Part shown: positions 1 to 9,626 of the stretch, piece by piece | Numbering within the stretch: the first letter of the stretch is position 1 | Layout of the letters: each line of letters opens with the position of its first letter | Origin: an uncultured Nitrososphaeraceae archaeon | GTDB taxonomy: Archaea > Thermoproteota > Nitrososphaeria > Nitrososphaerales > Nitrososphaeraceae | Direction: 5' to 3' | Assembly: GCA_963837175.1 (NCBI GenBank) | Contig: CAWIMJ010000025.1 | Span: forward strand, 1 to 64,000 | DNA length: 64,000 nucleotides | Position numbers and translations under genes: made by a program | Notes under the pieces: model-generated | Seen by the model: only the letters and a program-made list of their open reading frames with translations | Database searches by the model: none | What the model was told of the DNA's origin: nothing

Positions 1-66
1 ACTCGGGTTCTTATACAACATGTACGTTTTATTCTCTGAATATCGGTAAGATAAAACTAATGGAAT

Positions 67-142
67 GATAACAAAATGCCAGTCAGATTATATACTATGT
101 TAAATAACATCGAATGGGATGTACATAATTTAACTAACGTAA
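67..142 (+). repeat. 76-bp direct repeat, copy 1 (copy 2 at 3586-3661)
   Basis: gataacaaaatgccagtcagattat...taactaacgtaa occurs twice with 3 mismatches. Confidence 0.95.
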
Positions 143-216
143 GCCTTATTAAAGAATTTTATCAATATATGAAAGATAATGACACTTCGGAAAGTTATCA
201 GAAAAATACACGATGA
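76..216 (+). pseudogene. N-terminal stub (46 aa) of a thaumarchaeal tyrosine integrase, type A
   Basis: Hand translation MPVRLYTMLNNIEWDVHNLTNVSLIKEFYQYMKDNDTSESYQKNTR* resembles the MPxKLST...LIKEFYEYMKxNGTSESYQ start of Nitrososphaeraceae integrases; stops early. Confidence 0.65.
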
Positions 217-296
217 GTGTTGAGAATAAACTCTTGCTCTGCATTCTTTTCTTTTGAGAGCGCAATAACAACTGATTTCTTATTCTTTTTCCTTTA

Positions 297-512
297 TCAG
301 CAAGATAGAACTCTATATCCACATTTGCTGCAAGAATAGAAACGGAAAGTAAAGTTTGCATCCTGGTCTTCTATATTCACGTTCATCGTAGCATTATCAT
401 CATCATTAGTAGTAGTCATCATTTTCTGTGAAGAACCAAAAGGCATAGATAGCAATGATGGATGTTGCACCATATTTGAAGAACATTTTGGACAGATATT
501 ATTATTAGTCAT
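297..512 (-). CDS. Small zinc-ribbon protein (CPKC...CSKCGY), probably frameshifted near the 3' end
   Basis: Two CxxC motifs; the expected GYxEFY ending appears in the adjacent frame (IEFYLADK). Confidence 0.6.
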   Translation of the reverse strand: MTNNNICPKCSSNMVQHPSLLSMPFGSSQKMMTTTNDDDNATMNVNIEDQDANFTFRFYSCSKCGYRVLSC

Positions 513-726
513 ATATAATTGCTGTAATGTGCTCCATATGATTTAAGTTATATAGAATATGTTGTGATATTCTTTAATCTGTTTTAAAACAAATATAATA
601 ACGATGACTAGATTTGATTTATAGACCCTATGGGCGAGAAATTGTGTTAATAACAGTTCACAAACGACCCGACCCATTGAACCCCATTTCATGTAATAAG
701 CAATAAGGCGACCAATTTACTAGCCA

Positions 727-844
727 GGTTCAAATCCCTCTTGAGCATTTCTGGAAATTTTAGAAAACCTTTAAAGCTAGCCTTATCATAATAGAATATA
801 ACCTACTTTTAGCACCGATATCGTCATGAATCCCTCTGGGCCCG
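727..844 (+). other. tRNA T-arm / 3'-end-like fragments (putative att remnants)
   Basis: GGTTCAAATCCCTC at 727-740 and GAATCCCTCTGGGCCCG at 828-844; no full cloverleaf. Confidence 0.45.
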
Positions 845-903
845 TGTCAATCTTGTCCCTTTATTTAGGCTCAGACCATAATAATATATGAAGAAAATAG
901 TTG

Positions 904-1230
904 TTGTCTATTACAAGAGAAGAAGAATAAGAGCGAGATCCAATGACGATCCTTATGTATTCTTCCTTATGTATTCTTTAAAAGGCAGCAGAGTCGAAGA
1001 AAATATACACGACGGTTCAAAATGGTGCTAGACTACTTAAATTTAAACAGAACTCTCAAAGAACAATCTAAAAAATTCTTAGTGAAAGCAAGAACCAATC
1101 CACATTGGGCTCAGGATAATTTGATACAATTTATAGCTTATCAAAATGAAATAGCTGACTCCGGGAGAAATATCTCCATCTACCATTCCAAATTATTATC
1201 GAGATACAAAGATGTTTGCCAAATGAATGC
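904..1230 (+). pseudogene. Frameshifted N-terminal part of a tyrosine integrase, type B
   Basis: Across frames DPMTILMYS-LKAAESK..YTRRFKMVLDYL...WAQDNLIQFIAYQ...GEISPSTIPNYYRDTKMF; 14-bp tandem duplication at ~950-977. Confidence 0.7.
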
Positions 1231-1335
1231 TAATGGTGTATATTATATTTGGAGACAATTTAAAAGAAATTCATTGCAATATTTAGTATACCTATAACCG
1301 CACTATAACAGGTAATCAAATCAAATAATGTACCT

Positions 1336-1415
1336 TGGTAACAGATGAAAACAGATGGTAGCAATGGTAGACGAAGCGGTAGCAATGGTAACGAAACTGG
1401 AAACAAATGGTAATA
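1336..1415 (+). promoter_or_regulatory. Cluster of TGGTAAC/GGTAGC repeats upstream of the HTH coiled-coil gene
   Basis: About six degenerate GGTA(A/G)C units; homologous block at 13491-13575. Confidence 0.45.
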
Positions 1416-1460
1416 GGTTTAAGATAGTGCAAGTACAATTAGATATAGAACTAAAAGAAG

Positions 1461-2562
1461 ATGCCAATATTAACAAGACAAGAGAGAGAAAGACTTGTAT
1501 ACAGCTTTACAGTCAAGGTAAAAGCACACGTGAGATAGCAAAAGAGGCTAGGATGTCATTTAGAGATATAGGAGTTATTTTGAATAAGGTAGTGAAAAAG
1601 GAGAATGAAGGATTAAAAGAAGCAATAAGACAACAAGATAATAATAATATAGATGCTGAGAAAAACCAAGAACAACAACGACAGCACACTATCCTTATCA
1701 ACCCAAGCATACAAACTCTTCTCCGAAGGTAAGACCCCATTAGAAGTAGCTATTACATTAAACCTGAGAGAATCACAGGCAACTAAATTCTGTAGAGAAT
1801 ATTGGAGGCTAAGACAATTACACAATCTGAATACGGTTTATGAAGAGATTAAAGATGAAATTGCATCATTTCTAAAGTTATACAGATTAGCCAAGACCAA
1901 AGGTATGGGTGTCCAGCAAGTTGTTAATGCTCTTACAATTGCTAACAATGATTTACCCATCATTGAAGAGCGATATAAAAGGCTAAGAAATGATGTAAGT
2001 ATGTCCAATCTCAAAAACATACATGCAAGAGAGAATTATACGATTTGAACAATCAAATAGCAACAACAAGCAGATTCTTGAGTTCTGTTAGTATTTCTTC
2101 TGAAAGAGAAAGAAGAGAGATAGAAAATCTCTACAATGAAAAGGCAATACTCGACGCTATTGTAACAGAATTTAAGAGCAATAATGAAGAATATCTTAAG
2201 ATTAAAGAGACAGCTGAAGAGAATGTGAAAAGTGTCTTAACAAACAGTAAATTACTATTGAAATTTGCTACTTTCTCTGTAATTGAATCATTGAGAAGCA
2301 ATCATGAACTATGTAATTTTATATCGTACAGTTGAAACTACTGTCTACTACTTATGGACCTAACTATCCTTCGTTAATGTCGTCAGGACGACAGCAACAT
2401 CAACAATCATTTAATGATACCTATACTGCTTTGATATTAGAAGAGGCTGAAAAGCTTTACAATGAGTTAACAACAGAATTGACAAATAGAGTTATGGCAG
2501 CAACTGCAACTATTGGGAAATCATCATTACCGTTACCATCATATAATAACAACAGAAACTAA
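1461..2562 (+). pseudogene. HTH plus coiled-coil protein of a multicopy Nitrososphaeraceae mobile-element family, broken by several frameshifts
   Basis: MPILTRQERERLV / QLYSQGKSTREIAKEARMSFRDIGVIL (HTH) / SLSTQAYKLFSEGKTPLEVAITLNL..., spread over ORFs 1355, 1653, 2045 and 2332. Confidence 0.7.
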
Positions 2563-2605
2563 TCCATGATATTAATAATACATATCAAAACCAAGAATCT
2601 AGATA

Positions 2606-2695
2606 GGTTAAGTATCTTAATTTAGATCTACAAATTATCTTCCGTCTCCTCATAAGTAGGACCATATTTGTAGATGAATAATTTGATACTTAACT
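2606..2695. mobile_element. 90-bp MITE with 30-bp imperfect terminal inverted repeats and TA target duplication
   Basis: GTTAAGTATC/GATACTTAAC and ATCTACAAAT/ATTTGTAGAT pair; TA at 2604-2605 and 2696-2697; excision gives ESRYNQTEIYSN. Confidence 0.75.
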
Positions 2696-2819
2696 TATAA
2701 TCAAACAGAAATTTATAGCAATGTCAAATGAATGATAATAAAAGGTCCTATCATCAAAACTATCAATAGAAGATTATAATGCATTTCTTATACTAACAAA
2801 GATTGAATATGAAGCTGGA

Positions 2820-3086
2820 TTGATTAAGGAAGAAAGTACATCAGAACTATTAATATTTACAATAGGTCACATACTAAATCAAGTTCATAATCAACCTGAA
2901 TATCTTATACTCAAGCAACAGAAGCAAGTTCAAAACAATCAGCAGCAACAACAGCAACTTCATATTCAAGTTATTCTACCGTCTCCTCCTTCTACTTATT
3001 ATCAACGTCAAGTTCCTAACATATCTCCCAGAAAGAATTTTGTTGGTCAGAAAATGACAGCGTGGAAATTATATGATTATTGTTAA
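2820..3086 (+). CDS. Gln-rich hypothetical protein, possibly a remnant
   Basis: 88-aa ORF with a poly-Q tract, downstream of the HTH pseudogene. Confidence 0.35.
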   Translation: MIKEESTSELLIFTIGHILNQVHNQPEYLILKQQKQVQNNQQQQQQLHIQVILPSPPSTYYQRQVPNISPRKNFVGQKMTAWKLYDYC

Positions 3087-3295
3087 CCCAAACAAATCAC
3101 CATGCATTATGGTGGTGATAATGTGTATAATTGACCTACTAGACTTTAAAGGCAACACCACATTTCTTTAGGAATCCTTCAAAGATATCAGCCATAGATG
3201 TCGTGGTTGTCCATTTACGAGAAAGATATATGTTATTCCTATATTATCTTGTATATAATACTATTTTATTAGCTAGATGTTAATAGCGTTCATTA

Positions 3296-3585
3296 ATGAA
3301 GACGGCTGCCATAGAAAGACGACAAGAACAAAAACAAGAACAACTACACCAACGTTCAATATCTCACCTAAGCTCCTACCCTTCCTCTTCTTCTAAATCT
3401 AATCCTACCACCTCTAATATATTATTTGACAGAAAAATAGACCTAGTTACTGCAGGTCTAAGCGTATCTCAGAAGCTTTTAAGATACGAAGCTTGTCACG
3501 AGAATGCTTTGGTAATATGTAATTATATTATTTCTCTAAAGACAGAGATCAACCTTTCAGACAATTATAGAATAGTAACTATTGC
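3296..3585 (+). pseudogene. N-terminal part of a tyrosine integrase, type C, truncated by the type A stub
   Basis: FDRKIDLVTAGL...ENALVICNYIISLKTEINLSDNYR resembles the N-terminal domain of Nitrososphaera integrases. Confidence 0.6.
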
Positions 3586-3661
3586 GATAACAAAATGCCA
3601 GTCAGATTATCTACTTTGTTAAATAACATCGAACGGGATGTACATAATTTAACTAACGTAA
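3586..3661 (+). repeat. 76-bp direct repeat, copy 2; encodes integrase stub MPVRLSTLLNNIERDVHNLTNVNI* (3595-3669)
   Basis: 73/76 identical to 67-142. Confidence 0.95.
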
Positions 3662-4026
3662 ACATATAAAGGAAAAGTAGTTAAATTTTTTCCGCACACT
3701 GAAACAGGGGAGTCAATAACACGTGGGCAACCTTGTCGAAACAATTCATTCAATCATGCAGATAGAAAAAACAACGACAACAAGGAAATTAAGGGACGTG
3801 ATTTTTATAATTGAAAGATGACTTGCAGTCCTAACAAAACTATCCAAGTTTTATAATCAAATTCTTTATCACAATCTCTTTGAACATACCTTCAACTAAT
3901 CCATCTTCCATCATACTTGGATGGTGTCTTTGAGTTATCGATGAGACAACATACCGGCATAGCCTGTGGCATATAGGACATTTAATCATTTTTTATATAT
4001 TTTTACTTATGTGAGGTGTTGTAGTT

Positions 4027-4401
4027 TCAACTTGTTATTTCATTTATTTCTTTTACTAGGTCTTCATTATTTATTGGCATCCGAATAAACAGATTTCTAT
4101 CCAACGCACGGTACTCTTTGTTTCTGAATTCCTCATTATATAATTCACTTGCTGTAAGAAAACAGATTTTAGCGTTGTTATCTTTCTTTTTGATTTCGTG
4201 ATACAATTCAAAGCCATCCATTTTTGGCATTTTGATATCAAGAATTAATAGATCATACAAATCAGCTTTAAAATTTCCTAAAGCAACAAGAGGATCAGTA
4301 AATGAATCGACTTTGAATCCATTATCTTCTAAAACATTCGTTATTGTTAAACAAATATCACGTTCATCATCTACAATGAAAAGAATCTTCCCTTTCTGCA
4401 T
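4027..4401 (-). CDS. Stand-alone response regulator receiver (CheY-like)
   Basis: IVDDE...DLLILDIKMPKMDGFEL...FLTA motifs. Confidence 0.92.
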   Translation of the reverse strand: MQKGKILFIVDDERDICLTITNVLEDNGFKVDSFTDPLVALGNFKADLYDLLILDIKMPKMDGFELYHEIKKKDNNAKICFLTASELYNEEFRNKEYRALDRNLFIRMPINNEDLVKEINEITS

Positions 4402-4632
4402 AGTTAATCAGTTTCCTTTGTGTCACCTTATTAAATTGGTGAGTTTATGTATAAAAAAGCTAGGATTTTTTTGTGTCATGATTTTTGAAAATGGGCTTAT
4501 AAGGGTTACAGTGCAATTATATTATTGCAGTTTCTGATGAATTCCTATGATTGTGAATATATGTTAGAAGTTCAGCATTTTTTTCAGGGTTATTCGATAT
4601 AAAATCCTTATATAGATAGAAAACCCAATTTT

Positions 4633-5229
4633 ATGCATTTATTGACACGAAAATTCCTATCGACTAGTGGGGAGAAAGTGCAAACTACATCTACAACAAG
4701 CGGGAAAAGTGAGAGTGTTACCTTTAGAATCAACTCTAAAGTACTAAAGAACTTACGGCGCGAAGCAGAGCAAAGGGATATCAGTACCAACACGCTGGTA
4801 AATAAATTAATAAAAGATCACCTAAATTGGCATTCTAATGCAGCAAAAGCTGGTTTTATATCTGTAAGAAGACCATTTGTTTCAAAGGTCGTAAAATATC
4901 TACCTGAACAAGAAATTATTTCTCTAGCAGAATACGTGGCAAAGACCACAAATAAGGATTCTATACTACTTATGAAAAATGAATATACCATGGAATCAGC
5001 TCTAGATTTTTTAGAATCCTGGATAAAAATATCTGACTATCCATACAGACATGAAGAGACGAATAATGGTCAGAACAAGCATTCATACGTCATACAGCAC
5101 GATATGGGAATGAAAGTGTCTACGTATTTGGCTAGTTTATTTCAATTCTTATTTGATGAATTAGGACAAAACAAGAGCATAGAATTTGATAAAACTGAAA
5201 ATACATTAGCATTTACAATCAGTTTCTGA
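4633..5229 (+). CDS. Thaumarchaeal putative regulator with N-terminal ribbon-helix-helix
   Basis: SVTFRINSKVLKNLRREAEQRDISTNTLVNKLI (RHH-like) plus the IQHDMG C-terminal region typical of this family. Confidence 0.7.
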   Translation: MHLLTRKFLSTSGEKVQTTSTTSGKSESVTFRINSKVLKNLRREAEQRDISTNTLVNKLIKDHLNWHSNAAKAGFISVRRPFVSKVVKYLPEQEIISLAEYVAKTTNKDSILLMKNEYTMESALDFLESWIKISDYPYRHEETNNGQNKHSYVIQHDMGMKVSTYLASLFQFLFDELGQNKSIEFDKTENTLAFTISF

Positions 5230-5434
5230 CATATATAGTGGTGTATTGATAGTAGGACATAATCCAACAGTAGAAGATACAATACAGATGCTTACAGATT
5301 CATCCAACGTAGTAGCAATACCGTCATGTGCGCTAGCTCATCAGAGTCTATCAATAGAAAAGTGGTCTGATCTTAGTAAGAGTAAAACAGAAAAACATAA
5401 GGTGGTGCTAAGGAAAATAGTACAACCCAGATAA
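5213..5434 (+). pseudogene. C-terminal fragment of a SixA-like histidine phosphatase
   Basis: LQSVSDIYSGVLIVGHNPTVEDTIQMLT...IPSCALAH; RHG N-terminus absent. Confidence 0.65.
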
Positions 5435-6373
5435 AGTTTCCCTGTTATTTTATTATTTGAGAAACGTGTTCGAATTCTTTAATAACTATTAGAGAATTAG
5501 TATGACATGACTATCAAGGAACTTAAGGAACAAATCGTAGTCTGCACTCTTCAGCCAAACTAGTTCAGCTAATCCAAGAATAGTGTTTGTAAATTCGAAT
5601 CTAAAAGTTTCACGTCTGTTCCTTAAAGTATTGTTCGACTGATACAAAAGGAAATTCTCGGTCTTTCAAAAAGTTCGTGGCACGAATCACATAATATCAG
5701 ATCATATTTTCCTAGGATAGAGATCATAACCGTAGCCTGTTTATTGCATAAAAAACCCAGTCGGGATAACTTTGATAGTCTTCCTTTTCCTCTATCATGT
5801 TAGATCTTCTCTATTATAACAGCTACTGTGTGGGGCTTCTATAAATTGATAGTGAATATCTTCGAGTTCCGTTTTTTCATTTGAAAGAAAAGATATTAAC
5901 AGCATCAAGTCTTCTATAGCCGATTGTCTAAAAATTTTGATGGCATTACCTTGATTTAACCCCAATATTTTATAATTGGTTTTCAATCTTGTAATACAGG
6001 TTTTTATGTGCTTGAATTTGGAAATAAGAGATATAACTTTAAAACCGAATTACTTTGAGGCCTTTACTTATTAGACGGCATAACCTCAGGGCTGTTTATG
6101 ATTATATTTGTCATAGCTACGCTCAATTCTATTAATCATAGGCTTGATAATAACTGGCACTGATAGCATATCGCTTATATCAAGAAGAAGAAGAGGAGAA
6201 AGAACAAAAAGAATCATCTTCTTCTTGTTCGTCTCTGCCACATTCTAATAAAACAGGAAGTTCATCCTGGACTTCAAATTCCCACTTTTCTTTCTTATCC
6301 TCTCTGTCCTCTTTATACTCCTGTCCTAATCAAAAGATCAACAAAATTGCTTTGATTTCTGGCTACGGTACAT

Positions 6374-6730
6374 TCATCCTTTCATAAATCCAATAGTAAA
6401 TCCAGCTGACATACTACCAGTTAATGGAATACCAAAACCAGTCATTGCTAGTGAGGCTGTTGCTGCTTGATCACTAGTATAGCCAAAAGTCGGCATCTGC
6501 ACAATTGCATTAGAAAGTGTTGTAATAGCACCTTCAGACATCTGCTGAAGTTTATTCCAGTTTATGTTAGATATCTGATAATATTGTAGGTATGCTAAGC
6601 CAGCTAGAAATAATCCAAAAATTACAGCTACTAATTTGATTGCTTTCTTCAAGGCATATCCAATTAGAATACCTACAAAGAAGCCACCACCTAGAGTAGC
6701 TGCAGTTGGTATGAAACTCTCAATACTCAT
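6374..6730 (-). CDS. FUN14 family membrane protein
   Basis: LGGGFFVGILIGYALKKAIKLVAVIFGLFLAGLAYLQY..I.NINW...GFTIGFMKG. Confidence 0.9.
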   Translation of the reverse strand: MSIESFIPTAATLGGGFFVGILIGYALKKAIKLVAVIFGLFLAGLAYLQYYQISNINWNKLQQMSEGAITTLSNAIVQMPTFGYTSDQAATASLAMTGFGIPLTGSMSAGFTIGFMKG

Positions 6731-6734
6731 AAGT

Positions 6735-6947
6735 CTAGATGCTGCTTCTTAGTTTAGTTGTAATTATGAAATGGCTACTTTGACAGCTCTGTGGTGGTGT
6801 ATTAGTCCTGTATATGGTAACGTTGATAGATATGAGCAGCCGCCAGTCTAAGTAATGAGAACTTATTATGGCATACTTCATGCCATCTGGATCTTCTATA
6901 TCTATTTGCTTACCTAAGGCATTGACAATTTGTCTTTGTTGCAGCAT
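6735..6947 (-). CDS. Hypothetical protein upstream of FUN14, possibly degraded
   Basis: MLQQRQIVNALGKQIDIEDPDGMKYAII...; ends 4 bp before the FUN14 start. Confidence 0.4.
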   Translation of the reverse strand: MLQQRQIVNALGKQIDIEDPDGMKYAIISSHYLDWRLLISINVTIYRTNTPPQSCQSSHFIITTKLRSSI

Positions 6948-7423
6948 GTAATCTATTTCTTTAAAACAAAAGCTATATCTTTTGTAGTAGACTTTTCTAT
7001 CCAATATTATAAATGGATTTGATTATCTCCAATTATTACAGATAAAGATGGCAATATCACAAACGGAGTATCACACAAACGATGGCTTGTTCAGAGAGTG
7101 TTATCAAAGTAGGTTCTGAAAGTTATGTTAGACACAGAATACTAACTGTTATTTGGTAACAGGTGGTTGCACGGTAAAGATAGATTGTTATCTCTCAGAT
7201 GTCTCTTAAAACTAATCCAAAGCAAATATTCTAACAGTAGCCTCTAGTGTTGCTCCAAACATGTATAGCCAAACCCTCCGGCATCATCTCTTGGTAATCT
7301 TTCATTTACCTATTAAACACTGATATGCATATGGGAATCGTTACTACAATTGTACTGTTGGGGCTGTTTAGTTTTCAAGAAAGGAGGATAAGATAAAAGA
7401 TAATTAGATTAAGATTAGGTTAA

Positions 7424-8275
7424 TTAGATGTATACATTGGCTTTAGTTAAATTTGTTAATGCTGTTAATACATCAGGTAGTGGTTGAATGCTACTCCAAA
7501 CAATGAGAGTGTGATTCGCAGTCTTGTTATCAGGCCAGTATTTACCAGGGCAATCTGAACATGATGCGTAAGTAAAGTTATGTGTAGATTCTATCTTTAA
7601 TCCGTTCCTTGGGAATTCCTGCATATAGTAAGCCAAATTACCTGGATGTGTACCGCCGTCATTATCATAAGGATTAGATGTCTGTTTAGTAGGGGTGTAG
7701 AATGTTCCAACTACGAGAGAAGAAGGTTTAGCAGCTTCAGAAGTTACCTGAAGAGAGCCTACAGCCCAAGGAGAATCAGCAACAGTTATCTTATGAATTC
7801 CTGGGGCTAGACGAAATTCTTGTGTGTTTGTAGCATAGTCTAAATTAGTACTGTTCTGAGTTCCTACAATAAATGTATGAGGATGTGGTATATCCCAAGG
7901 AGCGTCTGCGTTGTGTATTACTACACCAGTACCATTAGAAACAATTGTATTCTTTGGTACAAAATACGGATTTCTATCTGAAATAAGCTTGTGTTTCCCT
8001 GTCTTTATATCTTCATGCAGTTCGTTAGCAGCATATATTATGACTGTCTTTACTGTAGCAGGAACCTTCATAGTCTCTTTTTGATATATAGAAGATGCAG
8101 AAGGTAGGAGTGGTGGTCCTGTAGTAGCTGAAGGGTTTGAAGGAAGAGTATTAACAACTGGAATTGACTGCCAAGAAGTTGTATTAGATGCTAATCCTGC
8201 TTCTTGTGCTGCAAGAATAATCAGGCCAGCTAATGACAATGCAATAGCGATAATTATGATAATTCTTTTGTTCAT
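7424..8275 (-). CDS. Secreted or membrane-anchored His/Cys-containing protein, possible cupredoxin-like fold
   Basis: Signal-like MNKRIIIIIAIALSLAGL; YFVPKN.IV..GT.V...NAD...HPHT; C-terminal CSDC. Confidence 0.65.
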   Translation of the reverse strand: MNKRIIIIIAIALSLAGLIILAAQEAGLASNTTSWQSIPVVNTLPSNPSATTGPPLLPSASSIYQKETMKVPATVKTVIIYAANELHEDIKTGKHKLISDRNPYFVPKNTIVSNGTGVVIHNADAPWDIPHPHTFIVGTQNSTNLDYATNTQEFRLAPGIHKITVADSPWAVGSLQVTSEAAKPSSLVVGTFYTPTKQTSNPYDNDGGTHPGNLAYYMQEFPRNGLKIESTHNFTYASCSDCPGKYWPDNKTANHTLIVWSSIQPLPDVLTALTNLTKANVYI

Positions 8276-8397
8276 TATTGTAATACTATGATTCATTTGA
8301 TTATTATCTATTAGCGGCATGCTACTAAATACACAAGTTAATTTATTTCTGAATATTATACAGAGAAGACACAAGAGGATGAAGAACAACCTAAACA

Positions 8398-8483
8398 ATG
8401 CCGTCAAAGCTTTCACACTTACCAATATTACAACAATTCCAAATTCTGTTAATAGTGGATTGGTGAAGAGGGATATCTTCTAG
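8398..8483 (+). pseudogene. Degenerate type A integrase 5' stub
   Basis: MPSKLS / TLTNITTIPNSVNSGLVK across one frameshift; nucleotide homology to 13306-13373. Confidence 0.5.
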
Positions 8484-8549
8484 TACAAGAACATTGTTCT
8501 TTACCACGTTAAGGTAATATATGAGTTAAGCTATATATAACATAAAGAT

Positions 8550-8969
8550 ATGCAGCTGAGAAATTCAACTTCAGGATTAAGAGTTATTGTATTATCCATT
8601 ATTGTATTAATAACCGGAATATCTTTTATTCCCACATTACAAATTGGAGTCCAAGGTCAACTGCAACAGCAAGATTCAGCCACTCCTGTTATATCACCTA
8701 CTCCTACTACACCACCAACTAGTACTGCTACTACTGATTCTACTACACCATCACGACCCAATCCAAATGATAATCCACAACAAATACTAACTGGTACTAC
8801 CGTTAATACTGTGCAATTTACCCAATCTCCACTTACTGTGCAATTTCCCCAATTTCCCCAATCTCCTCTTACTGTGCAATTTACCCAATCTCCCCAATCT
8901 CCCCAATCTCCTCTTACTGTGCAATTTCCACCAGGAGTGGTGTTACCGCTAAATCATCCTCCTCAATAA
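8550..8969 (+). CDS. Secreted Pro/Thr/Gln-rich protein with tandem TVQF(T/P)QSPL repeats
   Basis: N-terminal hydrophobic helix; nested tandem repeats at ~8806-8930. Confidence 0.65.
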   Translation: MQLRNSTSGLRVIVLSIIVLITGISFIPTLQIGVQGQLQQQDSATPVISPTPTTPPTSTATTDSTTPSRPNPNDNPQQILTGTTVNTVQFTQSPLTVQFPQFPQSPLTVQFTQSPQSPQSPLTVQFPPGVVLPLNHPPQ

Positions 8970-9158
8970 TGTCTTCTTTTGGAAATAAAGTCATCTAATA
9001 ATTATCAACCTCTTTTATACTACTAGTAAGAGGAAAACACCACCAATCAGACAGAGAGGTTTATTTATCTTCTTGAGGGGCCTGAATTATTATTGATGCG
9101 ATTTTATACAATGACAAAGTATGTTCTGGGCCTATTTATCGTGTCAAATTTGCTTCAC

Positions 9159-9174
9159 ATCCCGACGGGCCCGC
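9159..9174 (+). other. tRNA 3'-end-like fragment (putative att site)
   Basis: ATCCCGACGGGCCCGC, a GC-rich island ~50 bp upstream of an integrase remnant. Confidence 0.5.
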
Positions 9175-9223
9175 TCCATAATTGGTTGTTTTATGTGGGT
9201 CCTACTAAAAGGTGTAAACAAAG

Positions 9224-9626
9224 AGTGAAAGTAGAACAGTTAGAATCAGGCCCAAATCCTTGCACATGTATCTTTATGCCTTGAGATGGCCAGTTACAAG
9301 AGATAAGTATCAGAAAAGACGTGGCAATTTCTTTGACTTTCTTAAATTGGAAGATAGTACAATATAAGATAAAAGTAGAGTCTTTATTGAAATGGCAAGA
9401 AAAGATATCAATTGGACTTTTAGCAATATCTTAAGGTTTATTCAATTTCAATAAAGTAGGGTAATCCAAAAGGAAATAAGTGGAGCAACTGTCAGAAATT
9501 ATGTAAAGAGCATTAAACTATTTTGCGATATGGCTGATTTACCTGTTGCATGGAAGAAGATTACTCGTGGACTTCCGAGAGGGAGGCGATATGCCGATGA
9601 TAGAATATCGACACTTGAAGAATTAG
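9224..9626 (+). pseudogene. N-terminal half of a tyrosine integrase, type B, with internal stops
   Basis: YLYALRWPVTRDKYQKR...ILRFIQFQ*SRVIQKEISGATVRNYVKSIKLFCDMADLPVAWKKITRGLPRGRRYADDRISTLEE. Confidence 0.85.

Noticed and set aside
1-10. TCGGGTTC at the window edge could be the 5' half of the T-arm whose 3' half is at 9159-9174
   Set aside because: Only 8 nt and the upstream context is outside the window; cannot be separated from chance.
721-844. Possible complete tRNA gene
   Set aside because: Only T-loop and acceptor-like fragments; no D or anticodon arm can be folded.
3820-3990. Minus-strand MIKCPICH... small ORF
   Set aside because: Single CxxC and inconsistent frames; cannot support a call.
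5480-6330. Minus-strand protein-like fragments including ORF 5795-5986
   Set aside because: Probably decayed genes, but no family recognised.
8276-8425. N-terminal extension of ORF 7424-8425
   Set aside because: Overlaps the antisense integrase stub; the signal-peptide start at 8275 is more plausible.
9224-9530. Stop-codon readthrough (Sec/Pyl) in the integrase remnant
   Set aside because: Stops are TAA and co-occur with frameshifts; ordinary decay.
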